Positions 26,832 to 39,179 of a DNA stretch of 64,000 nt are shown piece after piece (position 1 is the first letter of the stretch; the number at the start of each line of letters is the position of its first letter). The DNA comes from Octopus sinensis (taxonomy: Eukaryota). The notes below the pieces were generated by a model, which had not been told where the DNA came from, did not search any database, and saw nothing but the letters and a program-made list of their open reading frames with translations. The position numbers and the translations under genes are program-made. Location: contig NC_043012.1 in the NCBI RefSeq assembly GCF_006345805.1, forward strand, positions 22,382,001-22,446,000. Direction: 5' to 3'.

Positions 26832-26947
26832 TCTTCCAATTTTCACACAAAACTTTGGAAGTGCACAATTACGAGTCTCAACTTTCCAACTGAAGGGTCC
26901 ATCTCCACAATAGCGTCATATTGCTAACTATTGTAGGGGAAGTAATG

Positions 26948-26992
<45 letters not shown>

Positions 26993-27183
26993 TAATTAAA
27001 TAGATAATTAGAATGACAAGATGTAAAATCCTTATGAACTGGTTGTGTAATTTTGTCTTAAACCCAGGTTCTTTTTCTCTTCATAACATATTTCTTGCGG
27101 TTGCTGTTGTTGCTTAAAGAGTGTGTTTTTTGTTTTTTTTTTGTTTTTTTCTATTCTCCTTATGAAAGATAACAATTTCTTAC

Positions 27184-27368
27184 CTGTCAAATGTGACAGC
27201 AAGTGCTCCAGAATGAGGGTTGTATGCAAAGCATCGAATGATGGCCAGGCAGTCAGATGGTTTTGTCTGTTGCAGCGGCGGCTCTTCAGCCTCGGTTTTG
27301 GCTTGTATACCATGAGACAAACAATGTAATGCTTCTCCTTTTAGGTTCCAACATCTTATGGTGCCATC
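27184..27368 (-). CDS. WDR4: WDR4/TRM82 internal exon (5'-most exon found)
   Basis: Acceptor ttgaccttttag|GAT and donor GACAG|gtaaga. Reads DGTIRCWNLKGEALHCLSHG...IIRCFAYNPHSGALAVTFD, resembling vertebrate WDR4 DGTLRLW...LHC...ALLCDG as I recall it. 185 nt, ends in phase 2, which fits the next exon. Confidence 0.9.
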
Positions 27369-27473
27369 CTAAAAGGTCAACAGAAATATAGGAGAAATAA
27401 AGAAAAGCAATTTCGAATTTTTGAATAAGCTCTAATAAATGAGGAGATTATTATCATTGTCATTAATAATAAC

Positions 27474-27531
<58 letters not shown>

Positions 27532-27619
27532 GCAACAACAACAACAATAATAGTAATGATAACAATATCATCATGATCATCATCATCATTTAATGTCCAT
27601 ATTGCATGCTGATACAGGT

Positions 27620-27655
<36 letters not shown>

Positions 27656-28811
27656 GTAATAAGGATAATGATGATGATGATGATGATGATGATGATGGTT
27701 GATGGTGATGATATTAATAATGCTTATAATAACCATGGTAATACTGGAAAGCGAAAGTGAAAGTATAAAAATGTGAAATTGAGAATTTTTCACACCACAC
27801 CCCTTGTCAGTTTTCACTTTCCTGAAATATGGAACCACATTAAGAACAATAATTAGTTTCTTTCTCCAAATAAACTAATTTTTGGTGTGTTTTGTTATAG
27901 AGGTGGTTAATTTCTTTCTTTATTTTTTTTTGTTTTTTATTTATTTTGACTTAAGTAGCATTTAGCAAAGTAGGAAACAAAATAAAAATACGTGAAATAT
28001 ATATAACCAAAAAAAGAAAAAAAAAGATAGCTTCCACTACTTTAGTATCCCAGAAAAAAAGGAAAGAACTGTCTGCTGTGGAGACAACAAAGGGTGAATA
28101 AATATTGGGAGAATGAATAAGTTTTGAGGGACATAACAATTGCCGGGAATTGTTTGGTGTTGGTGATTCAAGAAACAATAAAAAGCAAAATGACGGTAAG
28201 TTCGCAACTTTAAGCAAAAGCTTACTATCCTTGTCATCAATTCAACGACAACAGGACCCTCTTCAATAATGCAAATGACAACATCATTAACTTCCATATA
28301 CTAACGACACTTCTATAGTATATTTGTCTTTCTTTTTTTTTCTATTTTTATTTCTTCGATTTTTTTTTCTTTTCTCCTTTTCTTATTAATAGTAGCAGTG
28401 AAGTATGGTGCCTGAAAGAAGTCCTTAGAGAGAGAGAGAAAAAAAAAAGGGAGAAGAAAAAGAAAGCAAATGAAAAAAAAAAAAAAAGGATTTCAACCTT
28501 TTTCCTTCTCAAACAATGAACAATGATGGGTGGGTAACCACTGATTGGTGTTGAAACAAACTGAAAGCACACAAGAGGCTGTCACTTATCGTCAGCATCT
28601 AGTTGTAGTTTCAAGTGTTGAGAACTCTTGCATCTTGCTAGAGCAGCAGTGCATTCAGGCTATTATTTATTATTGTTGAGAAAAACTTTAATAATGCTTT
28701 GTTAATATCTCCTTTTATAGAGAAGCATTTCTAAATCCTAAATCACATAATTAAAAACATTTAGAAAATTAATGTCATACATTAATAATAATAATCATAA
28801 TAACAATGATG

Positions 28812-28884
<73 letters not shown>

Positions 28885-29309
28885 TAATAATCCCTGCAAG
28901 AAGTGCAAAAGATTGTCTTAACTGGTACATCACACGTATTGAGAAGAGCATTGTCAATGTGAGAACTATTACTACCCATGTATTTTAATTTAACTTAAAA
29001 AAAAAAAAATGAACGAACTATTGAGTTTAGTTTAATGGCCTACCAATGTATACTATGAGTTTCTTTGCCATAGGAGTCGGGAAGACACTCGGCAAGAAAT
29101 GGAAGCAAATTTGAAAGAAGAAGAAAAAAAAAAATAATAATAATAATAATAATGACAATAATAAAAATGGTTTCAAATTTTGGCACAAGGCCAACAATTT
29201 TAGAGGGGGTGTAAATCAATTTCCCTGACCCTGAAAGAATAAAAGGCAAATCGACCTTGGTGGAGTTTGAACTCACAATATAAAGATGACTAAAATGCTG
29301 TTAAACATT

Positions 29310-29480
29310 TTGCCCAACAGCCTGGACAGAGCACGGAAATGGTACAAACATGAACCAAAAGATGTCACTAAGAACAAGGAATATAAGATACCGTGAGATT
29401 TTACAATCCAATGTGACTCGATGCTCAGAAGTAAAGGAAAAAAAGGAAACCAAGATCATAAATATTGCAATACCTGGGGA
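29310..29480 (+). mobile_element. R4/Dong-like RLE endonuclease fragment
   Basis: LDRARKWYKHEPKDVTKNKEYKIP*DFTIQCD...IIxxAIPGD, matching the WYxHxP...KILWDFxIQxD motif. Confidence 0.55.
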
Positions 29481-30609
29481 TCAGGGCCATCGCTAAGCCC
29501 TTGCAACCCTTGTAGCCAAAATGGGCCTCCACGGTTGAGAGGCCCCATGTTAAGATCAAAGTATGTAGATGAGTCAGCTATTTACTTTGGTTAAGATGTT
29601 GAACAAGAATTAAACAATGTTAATTAAAAATTTCATGAAATGAAATGGTAATACATTGTACCTGCAAATGTTCTTGTAAAAATATTACATTGTACCACGA
29701 GCGTGTACCAGATTTAGTGGATTGTCTATGATACCTCTGGAACATAAACTTAGCTCTCAGCTTGATTAATCTGAACTGATTGATGATTTTATGAAGTGAA
29801 AAGTGTTCTGTGTTTGTCTTTGAAAGTTGTCAGGATTATAAAAATGCTTTTTTATTCAAACCTGGAAGTTTTACTTATTGAAATTTGTGATAAACCTAAA
29901 TAAATTTAACTAAATAGATAAATTTTTATCTATTACTTGCTTCAGTCACTGGACTGTGGACATGTTAGGGCACTGACTCAAAGGGTTTAGCTGAACAAAT
30001 TGACCCCAGGACTTACCTTATTTTTAGAATTTACTTATTCTATTTGTCTGTTTTGTGAAATCACTAAGCCACAGGGATGTAAACAAACCAACGTTAGTTG
30101 TTATGCAATGTTGTGGGGCAGACAAACATAGAAAAAAAAAAGCAGAGCATCCAAGTGTAGAAATTCTGCTTCAATAAACTTAATCCAATCTTTGGTCATT
30201 GAAAGGAAGATGACGATGATGATAATGTTACACACACACACAAGTTGTTGCTGTATTTTCAAGCCTTCAAGTTGACATAGTACATTGAGTGTAAACATTC
30301 AAACAGCGTCACCATCTTTCCAGATTCTGCTGCATTTCACATGGAATTTTGGCTCCTTCAAATTGTCTTAGCAAATAAGTTGACCGATGTTTTTGAGTTG
30401 TAAATTTGTAGTTGAAAAATTCGACTTCTATGCCAGAAAATATGGTATTTCAACTTTTCCAAGCAATACTGGAATCTATGTTTTATCATCAATGTCTCTA
30501 CATATTTTGCTGTCTTCTATTCCATAATTACTGCCTACACCCACACACCTCCCCCTCCACACACCAGAATTTCACCCATACATATGGTTGTTCATAGTGC
30601 TAGGAATAT

Positions 30610-30825
30610 TCTTTTCTGCTCTAGGCACAAGGCCAGAAATTTTTGGGGAGGGGGCTAGTCGATTAGATTGACGTCAGTATGCAACTGGTACTTAATTTAT
30701 CGACTCCGAAAAGATGAAAGGCAAAGTCGACCTCGCCGGAATTTGAACTCAGAATGTAAAGACAGATGAAATACCACTAAGCATTTCGCCCGGCTTGCTA
30801 ACGTTTCTGCCAGCTCGCTGCCTTA
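30610..30825 (-). mobile_element. SINE family B, intact insertion with a 17-bp TSD
   Basis: catagtgctaggaatat at 30593-30609 and 30826-30842. Confidence 0.9.
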
Positions 30826-31446
30826 CATAGTGCTAGGAATATAAAAAAAACACACATCATGATCTATGATTTCTATGTTAAGCTTCCAGCTTTGAGATGT
30901 TTAATATAACAAATCTGTGGACTTATACAGTAGCAGTTTCTCAAAGACATTCCATTCAATGATTTATAATAAGAGTAATAACAGTTACTGGAGAATACCC
31001 TCGAGAGATTGGTATGGTACCTGAAACCAGAAATGAAGCTTCATGTTTCAACAAAGTGTGTGGATTAGAAACTTCTGCAAACTAGTGCCACAGAGTAGAG
31101 AAACAAGTTGTGTTTGGTTTTCTCACTGGTTCTGCTAATGTTTTCGACCCTAATCAGATAGATAAACAATATTGAGGAAAACTAATATTTATTTCAGATA
31201 TATAATCCAACCAAGAAACCAATAGTATCTACTAGTTTGGTTCCATTGAAAGATAATTAGCTGAAATTTTAGCCAATGCGTCTGGCTTGATTAGAAATAT
31301 TTGGATTCCTTGCGAAAATGAGCAATTTTCGAGAAAGCGTAAATGAAACGGAGATCTTTGAACTGAAAAGAATGGTAATTGGCAGAGACAAGAAGAACTC
31401 AGTAGCGTGAGTGTACAGAAGGTCTATTATTATCATTACTATTATT

Positions 31447-31479
<33 letters not shown>

Positions 31480-31807
31480 TGTTCTTTGTTTTGGTTTTTG
31501 TTCCATTTGTTAATTTTTTTTTACTATTTATTTATTTGATAAAACAGACAGGCACCATTGCCTGAAGAATTAATTTTACGGTTAAGTCATATAAATTACT
31601 AGGATTGGAAGATTTACTCTTGACACACAAACACACACACACACAAATACATGCACAGTAACACAGATGTAAACACATTCCTCTCATACAAACTGATCTG
31701 ACCAAAATAATACAATGAAAACACACACACATTACAATTTATTAATTGAGCATGATTGACACAAACACTTTCTCTCTCTTTATATGCATAAAGTGAAATA
31801 TACAGAA

Positions 31808-31847
<40 letters not shown>

Positions 31848-32242
31848 GGTAAGAGGGGAGAAAAAGAAAATGAAGGAAAGATTAAAATGTCTGATGTCCA
31901 ACAAGTCAACATTGAACAAGCGACATCAAATAGGCAGCACCGAAATGGCTTGCACCAAAATGTCTCTGACCCCACATCTCTGTATGTCGCAAAAGAAGGA
32001 GAAAAAGGGTTGAGAAAGAGAAAGGCAACGTGCCACAAAGCCCTGACACAAAAAACATGTTCAAAACATGGAAAAATAAGAGTAAAATGTTGCTAGTGCT
32101 GGAAATGCCATTGCAGATGATAATGATTGTGGTGGTGGTGATGATGATGGTGGTAGTGGTGGTGGTGATGATGATGATGGTGGTGGTGGTGGTGGGGTTA
32201 GCAATGATGAAGATGATGAAGAATAACTTTTGACAATTTAGG

Positions 32243-32990
32243 AAGGCGGTATCAAAAAGGTCCTGGACTGGTTATGTTTAATAAAAAATAACTTATTTAC
32301 CTAAGTTTTAACGTCATCGCCTTCGAAATAGTCATCTTGCACAACAATACACAATGGTCAGAAAATCACTATTTTTAAATCTCACAACGAGAGATATTCA
32401 GCAACAATACTTTGTAGTAAAGATTGTTTGGCAGTCCTGGTTTAGGATGAATGTTGCTGTAATTTAGCCCCAGGAGACATCATCTCCAGCTGGCTATTTG
32501 ACACGATCTGTGTCAAAAATATAAGGACACAGATTGTGTCATATAGCCAGCTGGAGACGATGTCTCCTGGGGCTAAATTACAGCAATATTCATCCTAAAC
32601 CAGGACTGCCATGTTATGATGGCAAACAATCTTTACTACAGTACACAATGGTGTTAAAATGGTAACCTTTGAGCTGCATTTTCCTCTTGGGGAAGAGACG
32701 GAAGTCTACAGGGGCTAAATCTGGTGAATAGGGCAGGTATGGAAGCTGTACCATGTTTTTGGTGAGAAACTCATGAGTGAGGATAGCTTGATGCCAGGGT
32801 GCATTGTCCTCATGAAGAATTCAATTCTTCATACTTCACAGATGGCTTTCACTGGATGTCCTCCCTCAAACACTTCAAAACATCACAGTAGAACTCTTGA
32901 TTGGCAGTCTGGCCCTAGCAGGACGAATTCTTGATGCACAAAACCATGGATGTTGAAAAAACGCCGAGCATGCTCTTGATTGAGCTGGGG
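32243..32990 (-). mobile_element. mariner (DD34D-like) transposase fossil, 3' half, carrying a hairpin insert
   Basis: Minus strand with shifts: FFNIHGFVHQEF...DFRLFPKRKMQLKGYHFN...CIVVQDDYFEGD. TIR-like end gcggtatcaaaaaggtcctggact. Confidence 0.8.
32413..32640. repeat. ~100-bp-arm inverted repeat (MITE-like hairpin)
   Basis: Arms 32413-32514 and 32526-32640, 11-nt loop, about 4 mismatches and one 12-nt indel. Confidence 0.9.
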
Positions 32991-32994
32991 CTTA

Positions 32995-33535
32995 CTTCTT
33001 CCCACAAGGCCTTAGAGTTAAATCTGCTGCCCATATTGAGGTTCTAGAAATAAGTGTTAAGCCCTGGGAAGAGAGTGTATGCAATGGAAGACCATATGTG
33101 TTTCAGTAAGACTCTGCACTATCACACATGGCTCTAATAACACAGGAATGGATGGCTGAAAATTTTCATGATCACATAACCCTTAGCATTTGACCTCCTA
33201 ATTCCTCAGATCTCAATCCATTGGACTATTACATGTGGAGCGTTGTTGAAAGAGGGGTCAATGGACACGTCCATAACATCAAAGACTCTTTGAAAGCTGC
33301 CATAGTCAGAGTAATGTCCAAAATGAACCAGGACCACTTGATGCGAGCATGTAGATGATTTAGATCTCATATAGAGTTGTTGAAGCTGAAGGTGGCTTTA
33401 TTGGATATCATTACAGAAAAGAAGGTTTATTTTTATCCTCATAGCATTTTTGATAAATAAAGTTTATTATTTATTATTATAAATCTGTTTTTTTATAAAC
33501 ATAAATCTGTCCTCAAATATCTTATGTACTCTGTA
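32995..33535 (+). mobile_element. maT/DD37D-like transposase fossil, 3' half
   Basis: FPQGLRV...RPYVFQ*DSA...PPNSSDLNPLDYYMWSVVE...RACR. 3' TIR-like end ...cttatgtactctgTA. Confidence 0.8.
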
Positions 33536-34023
33536 TATATACATATATATATATATACATATTTATATATACATATATATTTAATATACATACACTTATA
33601 TATATTCGTATATATAAACACATTTACACACACACATATGCTTATACATATATATATATGTGTGTGTGATGTGTGTATATATACACACATATACAAACAC
33701 ACACAGTGTTAGTATGTTTAAGTGAAACGGATAATTCCAGGAGAGATTAGATTTTTCGGCTGATTGGAGAGTCTAAGTGATACTAATGAAACTGAGCTAA
33801 TGAAGCACGGAACATAAACCAAGACAAGAACCAAATATATATATTTGTGTGTGTGTGTGTGCTTATATTATTAGTTTGGCTCAGAATCACTTTGTAACAA
33901 GTCAAAAATTATTGCAGATGAATATAAACTACTTGAAAGGTGGTGTCAAGATTTTCTTTATCTATTTCTCTATATGTCCATCTATCTACAGATACATACA
34001 TATACACACACAGACATACCTGC

Positions 34024-34059
<36 letters not shown>

Positions 34060-34099
34060 CCTTTCAACATGTGATCTCTTGAGCACCACCAGCAAAAAT

Positions 34100-34260
34100 A
34101 TTTTTTTCCTCTGTCTTCCCTTCTTGGGATCTTTCCTTCTCCTTGTTTCCGACGACGAGCTCCGCTCGAAACGTTAAACCCTCCTTCCCTGAGCATCAAA
34201 TAATACTTTAATTGTTCCACGTCCTCGCGTTGCTGTTTTTTTTCTGTGTTTTCTTGTTTG
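34100..34260 (+). mobile_element. Penelope-like terminal remnant with a minimal hammerhead motif
   Basis: gttt-ccgacga-c-gagc-tcc-gctc-gaaa-cg-tt-aaac at 34145-34179. Confidence 0.5.
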
Positions 34261-34263
34261 GAT

Positions 34264-34312
<49 letters not shown>

Positions 34313-34978
34313 GTTTATATATTTTTATAGGCTTGTTTCAGTTCCATGTACCAACTTCTCTAACAAGGTTTTGATTGACTTGAGGTTACAGTAACAGACA
34401 CTTGCCCAAGGTACTGTGAGGTGAAACTGAACCTGGAGCCATGCGGTTGGGAAACAAACTTTTTCATCATGCACTCATACCCGCTCTTATACACACGCAC
34501 ACACACATACATACATATGTAGAGGCGCATGCATGGCCTGTGTGATAAGAAGTTTGTTTGCCAACCACATAGTGATTACTGATGTATTCATATATTACAT
34601 CACAACATATAATCCACCATCTTCAGATAAATTCCTCATGATCAATGTATTATCTCACCCGTTTGATACCTGTTTAAAGTTTTACCTGAAGATGGTGGTT
34701 TATATGTTAAGATGTAATCCGTGAAAACAAACATCAATAAAATCCTACAGAAACAGCCGTGTCCTCTTTTTATACTTACACCACACATAGAACCAACCCT
34801 GAGTCAAATCTATGATTTAAGTTGGATTTGGTACTTTCATACCTATAGTATCCTACTAACACTTGATTCCATCATTGGTTTACCTCACTGAGAAACCCTG
34901 TGTTATTGTACCTAGCCATTTCTTTCATCCTACATATTGATGTACCTAGATTCTATTGAATCCTATAACAAAACTGTA

Positions 34979-35023
<45 letters not shown>

Positions 35024-35268
35024 GTCTGTCTGTCTATCAGTCTATCTATCTATCTATCTATATATCTATCTATCTGTCTATTTTTTTTTTATTTTATTCC
35101 CCCCCCCCTTTTTGTCCTCTTTCTTTCCATTTACGATCCCTTTTGATCGAAAACCAAACCCCCCTTTTTTTACGCCCAAAAGAAAGGCTCTACCTTGTAA
35201 TTTGTCCTGTCTGTGTGCAGCCCTGTGTGGCTAATAAAGAAACATATCTATCTATCTATTTATCTATC

Positions 35269-35305
<37 letters not shown>

Positions 35306-36284
35306 GAATCATTGTTGACTTATCTACCATTTATTTTTTCCCCTTTTAATTGAAAACTCTCAAAATAAACAACAAAAGAAAAACAGAAATTCACAAGAAT
35401 ATAAGAATGGGCGAGAAGTGAGACACTCTTACAGAACAAGAAGAAGCAAACAGTTACAAAGAATACAACTTTACAATAAGGTATTTTAGCGCCATCTGCT
35501 CGACAGAAGAACTAATATGGAATTGGTATATAAGTGTGGAATGTGGGTGACTTGTTCTATCCACATGATAATAAAAAGCGATGTCATTATTCTGTAAACC
35601 TCTATTCAGAAGAAGAAGAAAAAAAAATAGAATCTTGCTAGATTTTTGCAAAAGGTGGAACTTTTTAGTTTTGTATTCCTGTAAACCAAGAATTTGCTGA
35701 CCATTCCAGCCTTGTTTTGACAGCTGTGTGGAATAAGTTTCAATGTTTGTTGAGTTGCTGTAGAACTGTGCACACAAATACAGAAAACACTAGAAAAAGT
35801 TCTAAGCAACGACAACAACAACATTAATAAGAACCACTTACATAAAAATAAAAAGAAAACTGACGCAAAAAAAAAAAACATTCTTTTTCAAAGAAAAAAA
35901 AAATAACAGGAGAATAGTAGTATTAGAAGGAAAAGAAAAAGGTAAAATGTAAATAAAAAAAATAAACAAACGAGGGCCTTAGATATTTCGTGCATTTTTA
36001 TCAAGTTGGTCAGCACTGGCTAGATAACTTAGAGAGAGAATCCAGACAGAATTGGCAATTGTCTTGTAACCCTCCAATACATGGTATTAAAAATTTCTTT
36101 GGAAAGGATATGGGATAAATATTTATCTATCTATCTATCAATCTCTCTATCTATCTATCAATATTTCTATCTATCTATCTATCTATCTATCTCTCTCTCT
36201 CTATCTATCTATCTATCAATCAATCTCTCTCTCTCTTTATCTATCTATCTATCAATCTCTCTCTCTCTATCTATCTATCTATAT

Positions 36285-36328
<44 letters not shown>

Positions 36329-36585
36329 CATCATCATCATCATCATCATTTAACGTCCGCTTTCCATGCTAGCATGGGTTGGATGGTTCAACTGGGGTCT
36401 GGGGAGCCCGAAGGCTGCACCAGGCCAGTCAAAAATCACCCACTACACTCTCGGAGTGGTTGGCGTTAGGAAGGGTATCCAGCTGTAGAAACACTGCCAG
36501 ATATATATATATCAATCAATCTCTCTCTCTCTATCTATCAATCTATCTATCTATCTATCAATCTCTCTATCTATCTATTTATATA

Positions 36586-36631
<46 letters not shown>

Positions 36632-37391
36632 AATCTCTCTCTCTCTCTCTCTCTCACTATCTATCTATCTTTCTTCTGACTGTCTGGCTAGCTGTTTATG
36701 CATCTGTTTGACTGTACATCTATCTATCTATTGCTCTCTCTTCACACACACACACAAACACACACACTCACACATATGAAGAGAGAAGAAGAGAAACCTT
36801 CACCCTTAGTTTATGAGCAAGCTTTTCTTTTTTTGTTGTGTTTTGTTTCTTTTTGTATTCTTTGTGTTTTTTTTCTTTAAAAGTTCTCAGAATCCACAGA
36901 GAAAGCAGAGAAGTGGGAAACCAACAAGAAACAGTGTATGTACACACACACACATATATATATATAGAGAAAGGGGAGAAATAGAGAGAGAAGCATTTAG
37001 TGAAGGAGGGAAAGTTAAAGAAAAATATAAAGGAAGTGAAAGAGTGGGAGGAGGAAGAGGAAGAGACAACTTTTATGGAAATGAGTTGTTATAAAGAAAA
37101 AGCTAATCACTGGTTCACTTCATCAAATAGTTTCTTTAGTGATGTATGTATGCGTGTGTATATCTATTTGTATGTGTATGGTTGATTTTATGTAAATATG
37201 AGTGTGTGTATGTGTGTGTGTGTGTGCATGCGTGTGTTTGTTTCTTGTTTGTATTTTAGAAGAAGTCCATCTTCCCTCCACGTTCTTACTTTGGTTCATC
37301 TGCTTGATAGGAATAGGAAGGAATAAGAAAGAACATTCACTCATTCATAAATTGGCAATTATTATCTCACATGAAGTAATTTTTGATATTA

Positions 37392-37888
37392 GACTAGCAG
37401 TATTGCCCGGCGTTGCTCGGGTTTGTAAGGGAAATAACTATATAAGCATTTTTAGAGAATTATAGCCAAAAAATAGCAAAAAAATGCTTTTAAAATACAT
37501 GATGGTAAATTTTTTCTTAAATCGTTGACTCATCGTAGACATTTTTTGAGAGTTACTTCCCTTATATAATAGCGAAAAAAATGCATTAAAATGGAAAAAT
37601 ATGATGGTAAATTTTTTTTTAAATCGTAGACTCATCGTAGACATTTTTTGAGAGTTACTTCCCTTATATAATAGCGAAAAAAATGCATTAAAATGGAAAA
37701 ATATGATGGTAAATTTTTTTTTAAATCGTAGACTCATCGTAGACACGCGCTAATACCCAGAAGGGCTCGATATGAATCACAACTATAAGATACCCGGTTT
37801 TGGTTAAACTGCACGGCAAAATGTGGGAGTAGTTAGGAATCTAAATCGTAGGAGACAGACACACAACTTGACTTTTATATATAAAGAT
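37392..37888 (+). mobile_element. DINE-1/Helentron-like element with an internal 102-bp tandem repeat
   Basis: 5' actagcagtattgcccggcgttgctcggg; 3' cttttatatataaagat. catcgtagac recurs at 37531, 37633 and 37735. Confidence 0.75.
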
Positions 37889-38414
37889 TACAAGAGAATC
37901 GAGGAATGGTGTGTGCATGCTCAGGTTAAAGTAGGTTTACCTCTCTACAGTGTTACGGAGAGAAGAGCTTCTATGTAAACTATCTCTACCTGTGTCTATT
38001 ATTATTTATCTGTGGTGTTTATCTCGCTTTTGTGCCACCTGTCTGCCCTGATCACTCGAAACCAACCAACCATGGTATTTTCTTGCCCTTTCGTTTACTG
38101 TTTTCTGTCACTGAACTGTGGCCATGCCAGAGCAATACCTTCAGGAATTTTATATCTTTGATTGTTGATGATTCAAGTGACAGATACCTTGCAAGTGGAT
38201 TTCATAGACAGAAACTGAAAGAAGCCTGTTGTGTGTGTGTGTGTGTGCATGTTTCTGTCAAACTGCCTAATCCCTGCCCGCATGGAAGGCAGATGCTAAA
38301 TGATGATGATGATATATAAGTGCAGACATGGTTGTGTGGTAAGATGTTTGTTTCCTAACCACATGGTTCTAGGTTCAGTCCCACTGCATTGCACCTTGAG
38401 CAAGTGTCTTCTAC

Positions 38415-38770
38415 AGAGTTTCTACAGCTGGATGCCCTTCCTAATGCCAACCACTCTGAGAGTGTAGTGGGTGCATTTATGTGCCACTGGCACGAGGGCC
38501 AGTCAGGCGGTACTGGCAACGGCCACGCTTAAATGGTGCTTTTTAGGTGCCACCTGCACAGGAGCCAGTCCAGCGGCACTGGCAATGACCTTGCTCGAAT
38601 GTTTTTTTCACATGCCACCGGCACAAGTGCCAGTAAGGCGATGCTGGTAACGATCATGTTCAAATGGTGCTTTTTACGTGCCACCGACACGGAAGCCAGT
38701 TAGCTGCTCTGGCAACGATCACGCTCGGAAGGTGCTCTTAGCACTCCACTAGCACGGATGCCAGTCATCG
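38415..38770 (+). mobile_element. SINE family C (RTE-type (ATC)n-associated) with internal subrepeats
   Basis: tttctacagctggatgcccttcctaatgccaaccactc...ttttacgtgccacc units. Related copies at ~10697-10845 (-), ~36330-36500 (+), ~63690-63950 (+) and ~5900-6040 (-). Confidence 0.7.
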
Positions 38771-38784
38771 AATTTGATTTCGAT

Positions 38785-38820
<36 letters not shown>

Positions 38821-38980
38821 CCGGAGTAAACACATAAATGTGAAACAAGGTGGAAAAAAGAGTACTCAAATACCAGTGGTAGAGTAATATGCTAGAATCT
38901 AGCAAAAACTGTCCGACAAACGGGTACGTGAAACTCAGAGTAACAGGTTTTGTTGAATTTTCTGCTGCTTTTAAATAAAG

Positions 38981-39014
<34 letters not shown>

Positions 39015-39179
39015 CATAAATACACACACGCATATTCTTATGTATATATTCACACACATATATATATGGAAAGATAAATATGCATGTGGATACTTATGTA
39101 TGTATGTTTACACAAGTGTTGTACAAATGTAATGCAGAAGAAGGCATGAGTGTTTTTATTACCTGACAGAAGGTGTTGA

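Noticed and set aside
2732-27183. Minor (U12) introns or unusual splice sites in WDR4
   Set aside because: All three introns are ordinary GT-AG, with donors GTAAGA, GTATTT and GTATAT.
28495-28565. Missing WDR4 exon (ctttcag|TTTGTTTCA = FVS...)
   Set aside because: It continues TPISGYPPIIVHCLRRKK, with no LSxSG ending and no convincing phase-0 donor after a Gly codon.
31016-31085. Missing WDR4 exon candidate (minus strand, ...TTTCAG|GTACC)
   Set aside because: No frame gives FV...LSxSG with compatible phases.
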